A stretch of 64,000 nt of DNA, from assembly GCA_028023455.1 (NCBI GenBank), contig JAQFVV010000009.1, forward strand, positions 7,378,001-7,442,000. The letters run 5' to 3'. This document shows positions 27,601-41,683 of the stretch, piece by piece. The position numbers and the translations under genes are program-made. This DNA comes from Epiperipatus broadwayi. Lineage: Eukaryota; Animalia; Onychophora. The notes below the pieces were generated by a model that did not search any database, was not told where the DNA came from, and worked only from the letters and a program-made list of their open reading frames with translations. Position 1 is the first letter of the stretch, and the number at the start of each line of letters is the position of its first letter.

Positions 27601-30600
27601 CAGCTCTTAAAAACAGGCTAATCATTCCGTTTTTATTTCGCTTTCTTTCCTCCAGCTTAGCTTTTCATATTTCAATTACATTCAGATTATTTCTATGATC
27701 TGATACTTTCATTGTGAACAAAATTACATCTAGCTTAAAATATATAGAGAGAGATTTTAAAAATATCTATAAAAAATAAGAGAAAAAAATAAAATTTTAA
27801 AATGATTTGTATAATGTCATGTAGATGTATTAAAGATGATTTTTTAAAGATACATGACTAGTCAACCAAAATGCATGAAAGAATAAAAATGGTCAATAAT
27901 ATGCCACTATGATTTTGAGAAACAGTGAAGGAGAAAATATCGAAATTTATAGAAGAAAGAAAAAATTACTTCAGAAAAGTGCAAATTTTCTTTTACATAT
28001 AAAAAAAAATATGTGGGGGGAAGAGGGTATTTATAAAAATATAACTATTCATTTTACCCAAGTTACTGAATTATTTCAAATTGTATAAGATATGATAAAA
28101 CAAAATTAATTCAGATTATTAAATTGTTATTATTTAAGAACATCATTTTAAAAACTTGAAAATTTTCTACATATATATAATAATAATTGGAAGTAGAAAG
28201 TAAGCATAAAAGGCACTGTGGCTTATCTTTAAAGTACCTATACATGTTAAATTCATTCCATAATTTTATATATGAGAATAAGAATTAAATTATTTAAAAT
28301 CAATAAAATACTTTCAGATCTTAAGTTTGATAAATTATGTTTATTAATAAATAAAAAAAATAATTCAGAACGTTATGGCAATAAAAACACATTAGGACTT
28401 ATTAATAGGATTAAAAAAAAAAATTCTAATTAAAAATAATATCTGTTATGACTTGAGCAAAATTAATATATATGTCTAAATTTAATTTATATTTACTAAT
28501 ATAATGATATATTAAAATATCTTGCAATCATTTTATCATTATAAATGAAATAGTTGTTCTGGAGATCATCTGATGACAAATTAAGCTTTTACCTAGGAAT
28601 CTTTAGTTATCAACACTATTCCTCTACTATGTCATTAAATCACTAAGACATATAAAAAATATATATTGTTGATAATATTTTCAGAATTGCACAATATGGA
28701 GATATCTATTCTATATCTATCTTTTTCACCCACCACATTACTTTGAAATATTTCTTTAACTGCACAAATTATATTCCATTAAATCAAAAATATAATAATT
28801 TACAAAAAAAAAAAATTAGTAAGAGGGATTTATTTTAATAAATGCAATTTATCGCAAAGAGCACAAAGTCTTTCTCAATAAAACAAATATAGTACATACA
28901 TAGTATATATATATTTTGTAAAGTTATTTTTTTGATATAGAAGATATAATGTTAATTACTAATTCATGATATAAGAAGTTATTTTTTCTTAAATTCTGAT
29001 ACGTTTTTGACAGAATTTTTATTAATACTTTTTTAATATAATTTTTATTTTATTTTTATGCACTTTAGTATTTAAAAATTCTGTATTATAATAACAATTT
29101 TATCTTTATGTTGAAAATGTCTAATAATCTTAAAAATTGAAATTCTAGCAAAAAAAATTGCTTCCATAGTAAGTTAAAACAAATGTAAGCATGTTTAAAG
29201 CGTATCTGTTTGAAAGTGTTTAGCTTTCACATTATTACAATATTATCTGTTTACGCTTAAAATTTGATTTATTTATAATACAGTAAATAAACAGTTTTTT
29301 TTTGCTTCACTTCACAGAAGTGCATGTTGATCAATAGTTATGGTGGAAAATATGAACAAAAAATTTAAAAATAAAAGCACTATAATATATGACAAACAAT
29401 AATTGAGCTGTATTGATTTATACATTGTATTTCTTCACTTTATATTTCCCAAGAATTATTTATGTAAACTGAAGATTATCTATCTATCAGCAGGATAAAT
29501 TTATTTAAGAATTGATAGTTGTTTCCTTTTTTTTTTTGTGCTCTCTGTAAATAGAATTATTCCTATCATATTTTAAAATTTGGTTGAATAATTAATATAA
29601 ATTGACACATTTTTGAAAAAAATTCTATATAAAAAATTAAATTGTTTTTTTTTTTTTTGTTGAACTATTGAGTACATTTGTATTAATTAGATAAAAATTA
29701 AAAGTAATAAAAAAGTTAAAATGAAATGTTATGTGAATATTATTATAGCAAAAGTATGCATTGTGTTTGTCCAAAACTATGTAATATGGCATTTAACTTA
29801 TAATCATCTGTTGTATTGTTTCTATATCTATTATTAATTATTAAATATCTTTTAGACAAATTTAAACTTTTCAAATACAAACAACTGTTAATAATCACAC
29901 ACAGTTTAATGTGTAATACAATATTTCAAGTAGTACTCTCTTTTTCAGATGTTACTGTCTGGCCAATGACAGTATTATTCTCATGCTAGTACTAACACTA
30001 ATCACCTCATTGAGAGAAATAAAAATCCACACACTGAAAATGATCAAATTCAGAGATTGTCTAATTACCATAAACCTTACATTCTTCTAGACACTTAATG
30101 GTCAGTGTATATAGTTTAGTAAGGCATTATATTGGAGAATAATTGATAGATACATTTCATCATGTATACAAAAGACTGATTCCCATTAAATGCAACATTG
30201 TTCAAGTAGGCTGTCTGCGTATTTAATAAAACTGATTCCAATGAAAGAAAGTGGAGATTTGATTGAATTAGTAACATTAAAAATTCTGTTTTTAAATAGA
30301 AATTATTTATGCAACATGCACAGATCACCTCAATATTTTTTTTGAATTAAGATTGAATTATTTTTGCACTTATCTGTCAGAAGACTCATCAACCAGAGAA
30401 AATCAACTTTATCTGAAGAAATGTAAATTGCATTGTACAGTCTCTTATTTATTATTGGGATATCATTGGTTTAAAAATAAACTAATCTTATGTAGAAATT
30501 TTTGAAAAATACTATACTTTTAGAATACAGTATATATGCTTTTGTACAACTGTATTTAGGATTTTTACTTTTGATGTAAAAAAATTGAAAGACATCAGTT

Positions 30601-33600
30601 TAAACTAATGAACAATATTATCTGATGACAAAAAATCTTGTATACTAAATCATTTCTATTAGTTCTTTTACCCCATGCACACTTAGTTTAATTTAAATCC
30701 CTAATTATCTAAACTAATTTTGTAGCTTTTAGGATTGTATACTCAACATTTTACTAAACAACTAAGAATCAATATATCATGAGAGATGTGGTTCCACTGT
30801 AAAATACACAGCAATTCAACTAATGCATTACACTTAAACAACTGATACATAAGCAGTAGAAAGGTCTGCTCCAATAGTTGAGTCAAATCATATAGATTAG
30901 GAACAACCAGCTGGTGAAACCGCAATTCTATACTAGGTTCACAACAACTGCATTTAAAAAAATAAGCAACATGGGTTTCTTTAGAACTAGAAACTGTTTA
31001 TTCAAGTAATAATGTCTTTTATTCTCAATTTTATTTTCAAATGTACATGTACAACCCTCCTATTGAAAGCAATATGGAAAGCATTTTAACATCCTATATT
31101 CATTAGCAAGCATGAGTTTATTATATCCATCTCTTTGTTGACCAATATACTTCTGTTTTATACTAATTTATCTAAGTCTACTAATTTTGGATCTAAGTTT
31201 TTTAGTGTTATCTAATAATTGGAATATTTTAATGTACTTGAATTGACATAAGATCTTATAATTGACAGTTTTAACCTAATAATGTCATCTATGATAAATT
31301 TTATGTCAATTATAAAGAGCAGAGCCCTTAATGACATATTGTATGTTTATAAAATCAAACACTTTATTACTTTTTTTATAAATGTGAAAATAGCAAAAAA
31401 ATTTAAAATGTACTTATAGAATTTATATTTTATACTTTGATTAAATTATATATCCAAAAATGAAAATTAAAAAAAAAATTAGTTAAATTACTTATTTCAT
31501 ATATTTAATCTCTTAATGGTTCTTGATAAAAAAGTTTGGTCACAATGTGGCACTGAAAAAGATGCATAAATAAAGCTTAGCTTATAGATCATGTATGAAA
31601 CATCAAGCTGAAATTGTAGCTTTAATTTAGTTAAACACATTTCACCATCATAGAGAATTTTATTTTACTTTTTTCCTTTTCAAAGATAGATTTCAACTAA
31701 AATTTATATTTATAGATGAAGAAACAGTACTGATCATCTTTAAATGGGGATTCCAACTTAATCTAACATCAAATTCAGACTTTCACTGATACAGTAAAAC
31801 AAAATTAGAACTTAAAAATAATGTTTTCCTTTTGTGATGCAAGGTAATTGGAAAATTGAATCTGATTTAATAAAAAATCATGAAAAAACCCTCTTCCAAA
31901 CAATGTAAGATTTAAAAAAAAACATTATGAAATTTTCTTTTCATTTTCCAAAATTAGTTTACCATTAATTAGTCTTGAGTTTGGATAGTGTAACTCAACA
32001 GAAAAATTTCTTCCATGCTCTCTAAAAGGAAAGAAGCTTTTTCAATCATTTCAATACTCAAAACATCTATATTTTTTTATAGTGTTTGATGCACAAACTT
32101 ATAATTCCTTTTTGAAAAAACATTTTATTCTAATTATTTAAAACTAAAAATTATAAACAATTTTAATAATGCTATTAATTTTACATAATTCACAACCAGG
32201 CAAATGGGTTGACATTAGTTCAAAACCTTAGCGCTTTTTTTAAATTTCATGCTACTAGCTTGGTGAAGATAAAACCATATATAGCATTATATCATTTGTA
32301 CTTCTTTGATTTTTCAAACATGTAATAGATAACACTGGAGTAGAGTGAAGTATTCTTTGAAGTATTTGAATAAGCTATGAGAAATTCATATAATGTTAAT
32401 ATTTCTAAGCAAAATAAATTGACAAAGTTGTTGTTTTTTCCATTCTAATAATCAATTTAATTATCTTTTTAATTAGAGGAATTCTAATGATATGGATTTT
32501 TTTTTGTGTTTAAACTAAATGGGATCCTTTTAGGTACTAGTCCCAAATAAGTAAAAAAATAGGAAAATTAGCTTTTAGTTGGTTCTGCTTCTACAGAAAA
32601 TTTTTTACGATTTCCCATCATTTTGTTTTCTAGATTAAAAAAAAAAAAGATAATTCATCAACCAAAGCAATAATATGATTAACAGATATGAATTAACTAT
32701 TTGAAAAAAAAAAAAAATCTTTAAAAATCCTCAGCTATCCGAAGAAAAAAAAAATCCGCACCATAGAATATGCTGCTCATCCTCAAAGTGTTTTAATTTT
32801 CAATTATTACACTTTTTTGAAATACCACTGAGTCAGGAAGACTCATTTATTTGGTTTTTAGGATTTCTTAGTGATACACTACTATTATGATGATGAAGTC
32901 TCTTACACTCAGTGTTGAATTTTCTTCATTATCAATCTAACATCACAACTTTCTATCAAATTAAATTATCATGAAATATGGCAATTTCCTCTCAATTTTG
33001 CTTCCAGAAAGTTGTTTAATTTGATCACGTGCCAATATTTTGACTTGTCAAGCATGATATTCTTAAAAGTCTTTATTATTATCAAAGATCAAAATTATTA
33101 AAAAAAATTTTAAATTTCTTTCTTCAGTATCTAGATTTCTATTTTTAAAAATAGTTTTATATATTGGTTTGAAAGTTTATAGTTGAATTATTAAATGTTT
33201 TAGAAAAACTCAACTTTATATCATCCAAAATGCATTTGTTAATAAGTGATATGGAATATTTTGAGTTGTATTTTCTTCCTTTTTCTTTAGATATTTGCTG
33301 ACCTGAATAATGACAATTTGGCATAAGGATGAACTAGTGACCTTTAGGTTATGAATATTGAATTTAAATTAATACTATGATCAACAAAGCTATTCTGCCA
33401 AAAGGAATAGATAATAAAAATCAGAACCTTTATAAATATTTTCCATGTACTTGGAAAAGTAATCTTTTTTTTTCTAAAAACATTTGCAGTAAGTCTCTCA
33501 AGTGCTATACTTCTTGTTTATGAATAATATAAAAAAGCAAAAACTATCAATTTTATAAGACAATTGCTGTATTTATCATCACGAAATCATACGAACTTTG

Positions 33601-34595
33601 CTTTCTTATATTTATCTGTAATTCTATCTTTTCACTTTATTAATATTTACATCTTTTAATAAAATTTTTTTTTTCATTTTAAAAAATTTTTTTTTTTTTT
33701 TTACCAATCCTAAATCCATATTTTTTCTTCATTCAATTAGAGTAGATAGGCTGATAATAGATCCATTCTGTTTAGTTCTTTTTGCTATTTAGCACACAAT
33801 CTGATAACTGAATTATTTAACCTGAAATCTAAAACATATAAAAGAAAATGAAAGCATAAGAGATTTGTGCCTAATTTATTCCAAGTTTACCCAGAAAAAA
33901 GATTGGATTCAAACTATAATAATGTCCATCTTCACAACTAGTAGTGAAGACATAGGACATAATTGTAGACATCATGAAAGCAAAGTACATTTCAATTATA
34001 ATCAATCAGAATTGTCCAGCAGAGGGCAATGGGACAATAGGCAGTACTACCAGAGAGAAGCTTCCAAGTTCTAGCCAATATCAAGGTTTCATGAATACAA
34101 AATAAACTGTACTAATCAGCCAAGATGTTAGAAAATAATAATAGCACAACTAGTACCAAGAAAAGACCCAAGACTACCAAAATTTTTATTAGAATACAAT
34201 GTATCTATTAGCAGATTTTTTCAGAGAAGGACTGGCAGACTAAATGAATTTACCTGGTTTGCTTAACAAATAAACTAATTTTAACTTTAGATATGGATTT
34301 CAAGTATATTGGAATTAAATAATTGCTAGTTTGATATGTTAATAAAGATCTTATTGTAGTACTTGGATAGTGATAATGGACAATGGCAATAATCACCATA
34401 CATTACACAATCAGTTACTATTATGCATGACACTGACAGTATAAATGTATTATGTGCTAAGGTAAAACCATAAATATAGTCAAACAGTAATGATATGAAT
34501 GGCACAGTTAAGGGAATTCTCTTGGCTTTCCAGTATAAATGCCCCATTTTATTGTAATACATATCTAAAGTAAGATTTACTTTCTTATATTTAAT

Positions 34596-35827
34596 TTAAA
34601 CAGGCAAAACTCTCCATACAGTATTGCCACTCAGTGTAAGCCAGAGTAATCAATAGATGCCAGAAGGCTTGTGCATAAAAACCCCACCTAGTGCCTACTT
34701 ATCCATTATCCCCAGATGTTTCTGGCATGTGGCCTTCGTCAGCAAGAAGCCTTGGATCTGAAAGCACTGCACCTGGATCTAATGCAACCCTCCAGCAGTA
34801 ACCTTTTATCTCTACTTAACTACAAAACTATGAGACTTAAATTGAAAACATAATAATATTTTCAATCCAAGCTTATTAGCTTATATAGTCATATAGGTCT
34901 GAACTCAGTTCAGTACCTATATATTTTGGTGTCTTTAGTTCTTTAATAGCCATAGCCACCACTATCCTATTAGGCAGGTTTGGTTTTAAGGCAATAAATA
35001 TCACATGATCACCATTTCTTACGCTTGCTTATAACTGTTATTAAAACAGGCAAAACTCTCCATACAAAATTGCCACTCAGTGCAAGCCAGAGTAATCAAT
35101 AGATGCCAGAAGACTTGTGCATAAAATCCATCTAGTGCTTACTCATCCAATATTTTCTGGTTTGTAGCCTTCGTCAGTGAGGAGCCTTGTTGCTGCTTCT
35201 CACTGACGAAGGCCACAAGCCAGAAATTAGACTGGGAATATTGGATGAATAGGCATTAGATGGGAATTTTATGTACAAGCCTTCTGGCATCCATTGTTTA
35301 CTCTGGATTGCACTGAGTGGCAATACTGCATGGAAAGTTCTGCCTGTTTTACTAACAGTTATAAGCAAGCATAAGAAATGGTGATCATGTGATGTTTATT
35401 GGCTTAAAACCAATCCTGCTTAATAGGATAGTGGTGGCTATGGTTATTAAAGAACCAAAGACACCAAAATGTACAGGTAATTCAATCTATATGACTATGT
35501 AAGCTAATGAGCTTGGATTGAAAATATTGTTTTCAATTTAAGACTCATAGTTTTGTAGTTAAGTAGAGATAAAAGGTGGCTGCTGGAGGGTTGCATTAGA
35601 TCCTAAGATCTAGGTGCAGTGCTCTCAGATCCAAGGCTCCTCACTGATGAAGGCACAAGCCAGAAACTAGTCTGGGGACATTGGATGAGTAGGCATTAGA
35701 TGGGGATTTTATGCACAAGCCTTCTGGCATCCATTGATTACTCTGGCTTGCACTGAGTGGCAATACTGTATGGAGTTTTCTGTTTTAATAAGTTATAAGC
35801 CAGCATAAGAAATGGTGATCATGTGAT
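34596..35827. repeat. HHR repeat family 1: inverted array of a ~440-bp unit
   Basis: Two minus-sense copies (period ~435-446 bp) are followed by two plus-sense copies (period 440 bp). The symmetry centre is at 35190, with a 9-nt loop at 35186-35194. Confidence 0.93.
35629..35686 (+). ncRNA. Extended type I hammerhead ribozyme, family 1, intact core
   Basis: ATCCAA-GGC-TCCTCA-CTGATGA-A-GGC-ACAA-GCC-A-GAAA-CTAG-TC^TGGGGA-CA-TTGGAT. Both stem I segments are 6 bp. Predicted cleavage is after GUC at 35672. Confidence 0.85.
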
Positions 35828-36199
35828 ATATTTATAAATTCAAGAAAATCCTTAAAATATATAAACAATTTTGACTATTAATTCATAACATTTTTGTTTA
35901 GTTTAATGCAATGATACAACATAAGACCTGAGAACTAGTATTACTTCAATTCTATCACTTTCAGGCTTGAATGTTATTGGATCCCTGAGCAACAAACCAA
36001 TTATTTTTTATTTTCTCTCTTTTTATAGTTTTGAATTGTCTGATTACAATTAATTACTTGTTTAAATCTTATATTCCTAAATCAATGTTTTCTAGGGTAC
36101 ATCTAGAATATTGGATAGTAGCCCACCTCCCCCAGTAGTGCATTTAATGCAAGTTTTAATAATCAATAAATGTTAGATGATGGATGCCCAATAATTCTG

Positions 36200-37520
36200 A
36201 TCATTTGCTTTTCCAACTAGTTCCCAGTTTACGTCTTTCATCATTGAGGAATGTTGTATTTAGAAGCAGTGCTTCTAGATTTCTGGATTAAATACTCACC
36301 TTCTCCAGTGTCATTTTTTTTTACTTAACTGTAAAGCTAAAAGCCCGAATTGAGTGGTATATTGATTTCAATCCAAGCTAATTTTACCTGTTTATTCATA
36401 CAGATCTGGAAACAGTTCAGTATCTTTATGTTTTGGTGTTCTTGGTTTTTTAATAGCTATAGTCATCTTTATCCTTTGGCTAGGATTGGCATTAAAACAT
36501 CAGCTGAGCATTCTTTCTTTGTACTTATATAAGCTGTTGAAACAACAGCAATCTTTTTTTACCACAATAGTGTTACCTAATGCAAGGTTTACTAATCAGT
36601 AGTTGATAAAGCCTTGTAATCCCTATCCATTGCTCACCCATTCAATATTCTCAAACTAGTTTCTAACTTATGGTTTTCATTAGAGAGCAGCCTTGGATAT
36701 CAGAGTAATATACTTGGATCTTTCATTTTTTTTTTTGCTTAACTATAAAGCTATTAGACCCAACTGAAAAGCACACAAATGTTTTCAATCCAAGTTAATT
36801 TGCCTGTATAATCAAATATCTGAAACCAGTTACAGTAATATATATTTTGGTGTCCTTAGTTTTTTAATAATTATAGTGACTTTTATTCTTTGGCTAGGAA
36901 TGGTATTAAATCATTAAAATATCACATGATCATCTTTTTTTTTATGTTTATACAAATTATAAAAATAATAGCAAAAGTTTTTCCCCACAATGATGCTACT
37001 CAATGCAAGCTTTAGTGGGTAAAATTTTGCTACTGTTTTCACAGTTTATGTAAGCATAAAGAAAAGGTGATAATGTGATGTTTTAATGCCAACACTAGAC
37101 AAAAAATAAAGGTATTTATAGTTATTAAAAACCAGGATCACTAAAATCTTATAAATACTGAACTGATTTTAGATCTATTTGACTATGTAAGGTAAAACAG
37201 GTTAAACTGAAAACACTAGGGTTTTTCAGTTTAGCCTGATAGTTTTATAGTTAAGCAAAAAAATAAAAGGTGTTTATTGAGGGAGTGCATTATATCCAAT
37301 AATGCACATGTACTGTTCCCAGATCTAAGGTTCCTCACTGATGAAAGTCATGAGCCAGTAGTCAGGTGATATTGGATGAAAAAGCATTGGATAGAATTCA
37401 TAAGGTAATAGCAGCAAACATTTATTGATTATTATAACATGCACTAGATGCCATTATTATGGGGATATAAATTGCTATTATTTTAATAATCTGTGCATGC
37501 ATAAACAAAAGATGATAATG
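36200..37520. repeat. Older, more diverged inverted array of HHR family 1
   Basis: Minus-sense copies have HHR-core remnants at 36238-36244 and 36677-36683 (439 bp apart). The inversion is near 37002, and a plus-sense copy has CTGATGA at 37338-37344. Confidence 0.75.
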
Positions 37521-38881
37521 CAATATTAGATGGTCTTATGTGGTTTTTTTTTTTTTTAAGCAATTGGAAATTTTATATAATGTTTCCATGATTTGATCCA
37601 TAATCTGCTCTTGTACATGTTTTCAATATTAATAATGGAAGTCATCTATTGCCCATGTCAAGAATTAATATGCAAATTATAATTCTATGATCAACACTTT
37701 GGCTGTTTAAAATTGTACTACCAATAAAAAGACCATTGAATTAACATATTTCTCTTGCTTTATTTATATGGTCCTATGTATATATTATCTGATAATTCTT
37801 TCATTTTCAATCATTGATATTGCAAACACCAATATCTATAAATATTCTTTGCTTGCATCTAATCAAAAAGCAGTTTGATTTCTTCACTTGTATTTTAGTA
37901 ATGTTGATTGAATATCCACAAAATAGCACTCTTTCTACCCAATAATGTTCCTTGATATATTATTCCTGGCAGTGAAGATCACACTTACCTGTCGTCTATG
38001 ACCTAAACAATACAGTAAGTTTGGAATCTAAAATCTTCTAGGTCAATCCACTTTAATTAATTTCTAAAATGTTATATGTATAAGTCATCCATTTTTACCT
38101 CATCATGCTTTCCATGGTTTGTACTCTTCATATTCCATTATCCAACATCTCTTTCAAGCTCAGATTTTCATCTTCTACGTAGCAGTAATGCGAACTAAAC
38201 TATAATTTGTTTCTACTGTATAATTTGAAATTGTTTTGCAATTGACATTACCATTATCAACCATCAGTACATCATCCAATTTTGCTACAGTTCAGTATAA
38301 TAGATATCAACAGAAAGTATAATGTTAAGAAAACTTAAATAGCAACAAAATAGGAAATAATCTATAGATTCTTCTCATAAAAATTATTTTTTACTCTAAG
38401 ACGAAAGACATAATGAAAAAAATCTAGTTATATCATCTCGGGTATGCCAGCCAAAACAGTAATTACATTACAGTTGATAGTAATATATTTTTTTCATGAT
38501 AATCTATAAAAGAAAATTAACGGTAAAAAGTAAAACAAATTTACAATATAGTTTTTACTCTCCCCTTTTATATACATAAAAATATTATTTTTAACATTAC
38601 AATTATTGATAGATTATGGATTATTTTAATTAGGATTAGTAAATTTTGCATTACAATGTAAGACTAAAATATTTGTAGCTATATCAGTTGATAAAAGCAT
38701 ATATAAAATACCAGTACCGAGATCTTAAATCATAATATAAAAAATGCAACAAAAATTAATTAATGTCTTAGGGCGATTTATTTTTTACTTTTAAAACTGA
38801 CAGATATACTTTACAAATTAGAAGTCCCCGCAAATATAAATACCATCATAATCTCGTACATTTCTTCCGAGATGTACCAAC

Positions 38882-39454
38882 ATGGCTGCCACCATGTTAC
38901 CGTATAGGGTGTATGAAGCTTTATTTTCTTATTTAGATTTACCGGATCTTAAAAATTGCACAGTAGTGTGTAAAAGCTGGTATACATTCCTAAGTGATGA
39001 AAACAGCGATGTCTGGAGATGGCATTGTAGTCGAAGATTAGCAGAAGAAGCTTTAAAATCAGGTTTACTATGTAATGTTACCACATATAAGTCTAAGCTG
39101 AGATCTTACCTTCATTCCTGGAATCCTAATGATTGCTCAAGGAATATTTATATTGAACCAAATGGTTTTACTTTACATAGAAATCCCGTTGCACAGAGTA
39201 CCGATGCAGCTCGAGGTAAAATCGGTTTTAGGACTGGACGACATGCTTGGGAAGTATGGTGGGCTGGCCCATTAGGAACTGTAGCTGTGATTGGTATTGC
39301 TACAAATCAAGCATCCATGCAATGTCATGGTTATGTTGCACTTTTAGGTAGTGATGATCAAAGCTGGGGTTGGAATCTTGTAGATAATCATCTTTTGCAT
39401 AATGGGGACAGTCAAGGCAATTATCCGCAATTGAATAACGCTCCAAAATATCAG
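38882..39454 (+). CDS. FBXO45: F-box/SPRY domain protein 1 (Fsn/FBXO45), coding exon of 191 codons; the rest of the gene is not in the window
   Basis: F-box ([20 protein letters not shown]) and SPRY ([52 protein letters not shown]). Phase-0 donor CAG|GTAAGT at 39454/39455. Candidate acceptor at 38803. Confidence 0.97.
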
Positions 39455-41304
39455 GTAAGTTATTTTACATACTTTAAAAAAAAAGATTTTTATGGGAATA
39501 TTGGATGCACTTTTTTGAAAAAAGCTTTTATTAATGCTTATTATGTAAATGATATTTCTTATTAATATTTTTTCTCATGATAGCGCATTTAATGTGATGC
39601 CCGAAGGTTTCCATTTTATTTCAACTTTTCATATGATTATGATCTTTCTCAATGAATCGGGTCATTTTCATTATCAAGCTAAGTCATCTTCACCTAATTA
39701 TGTTTTAAATGGAAAAATTTGCTTATTACTTTATTTTTGTATTTACTGCCTTTAGTATTTTTAATAATTCAATATTTCAAAGACTTTCCGTGGCCAGATT
39801 TTATCCATAGTCATGGCTATGTCAAATACATGACGAACACTTCAATACCTTAGGCACTAAAGAAGTCATAATATTTTAATAAAACATAATTTAAGAAATT
39901 ACAAAATTATCATCTGTGGTTGCATGTTAAAATTTACTTAAATTAATGGTAAGCTGTGTGGGTATTAAACCTGTGAAATCAAAATTTGTCTTATTCTCCA
40001 GTATCTCAGTGTCACAATAATAATAATAAAAACTTTAAGATATAATGTCACAAAAATTGCAAAAATATTTTAATTCAAAATGTTTATATAATATAAATAT
40101 ATTCAAAGTTTTTATGCATATGTGATTGACTTTTACAAAAATTCCTATATCCATAAATTTTTATTTTTGCTGATATGTATATATAAATATTTGAATCTGA
40201 TATTAGCATTAAAATTTAATGATAATGTATGTTTAGGTCAATTTTAAAAGATTTTTCTTTATGTTTATTTGATATTTTCATTGTATTGATGGTGATCAAA
40301 GAAATTTTGAATTACTGAGACATCAGTGTCAAAATTGCTCATTTATATCTATAGTTTCACCTTTTATAAACAAAACAACTTGAGATTTTACTGAGAGTCT
40401 ATATCTTTGATTATAGCTTTTCAATTGATATTTTGTTGTATTTATTGTTTATTTGATCCCTTTTTTTTGATGATGATGAATGTTTAAACATAGCAAAAAC
40501 TATTATAACTTTATTGTCTTCATTATCCATTCCATTTTTATTAAGTGCTCATTATTTGGAACTTTTAAGTCTGATAGTAGTATATTAAAAAAGTGTTCAA
40601 ATTTTTCCAGCAATCTTAAATCTGCAATTGTCTTTCTCAGGTTTGGTTTCTTTCATTATATTGAATTTAACTCTGGGTCGTTCCATATATGTCATTATTC
40701 CACCTTAAAAGTGAAACTTTTTAATTAGAATTTTTTCACTTGGCAATTGTATCAAATATTGATTTTTAACTTTTCTTCGAACATTTTTTTCATATCCAAT
40801 CTGATTTATTTATCTTTTTTTATATTGGATGGTTTTTTTACTGTACATAAAATCTATAAGTAAATTTCTAATTGAAAATTCAAGATATTTCGCGTAATTC
40901 CAAGAATTAAAAGAAAAAACAAAACTAGTTAATATATATACTGTATATTTAAAAAAAGAATGCATGTGTAATTTGGTTATTAATAAATTATAATAAAGAA
41001 TATTTATGCTAGATATTGAACAAATAGTTATTGGAAACTGTTTAAATAAAACTAATTTAGAATAAAAAAGAGGACATTAGCAACTAGTAGTTTAGATAAG
41101 ATAATAAAACCTTATAAATCTCTTGTTTTCTGACCACTTTAATTGCTATAGATTTTTTTTTATATACTGAATGAGAAAAATTTAGAAATATGTATTAAAT
41201 TAAAGAGGATTTTAACCTAGACTTTCGAGCTTTCTACAGTCATTCACTCTGTTTAATATAACTGATATACATGACTACATACATATGAAAAGAATAAATG
41301 ATCT

Positions 41305-41345
41305 CCAATATATGTATTTCATACGGAACAGCATTCATCAGTTGG
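41305..41345 (-). ncRNA. Hammerhead ribozyme motif, family 2, core intact
   Basis: Minus strand: CCAA-CTGATGA-ATGC-TGTTCC-GTAT-GAAA-T-ACAT-A-TA^TTGG. Confidence 0.7.
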
Positions 41346-41505
41346 TCCGGATTCATCATCTCCCACATATATATAAATTTCATCATCTCCCACACATATA
41401 TATAATTAGTGCTCAGTTTATATTAAGATAGCAAATCTGTACACTTTAATAGACAGTCTTCAATCCTTTCCAACTTTTCAGCCATCTATATATATCACTA
41501 AAATC

Positions 41506-41683
41506 TGATACCATTTCCAACTTTCTTATACACTTAACAATACTATTTTTTACAACAAAACTTTACTCTTACAGTTTCACCTGTCCTGCACTCATCATCA
41601 GAACTACAATATTCAAATATATAATCATACAATTAATAAAAAATAGTATTGTTAAGTGTATAAGAAAGTTGGAAATGGTATCA
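41506..41683. repeat. Perfect 46-bp inverted repeat with an 86-bp spacer (MITE-like)
   Basis: 41506-41551 is the exact reverse complement of 41638-41683. It contains TA|CCATTTCC..GGAAATGG|TA. Confidence 0.9.

Noticed and set aside
30743-30945. Minus-strand open frame after a TTTTTAAATGCAG acceptor
   Set aside because: No recognisable protein or clear donor; a frame of this length can arise by chance.
32850-32950. Possible Tc1-like remnant on the minus strand
   Set aside because: Similarity too weak to support.
33900-34260. Possible RTE-like LINE remnant (DIIVDIMKAK)
   Set aside because: A single degenerate motif.
41570-41605. CTGATGA..GAAAC on the minus strand within the 46-bp IR spacer
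   Set aside because: No stem II, no stem I and no NUH.
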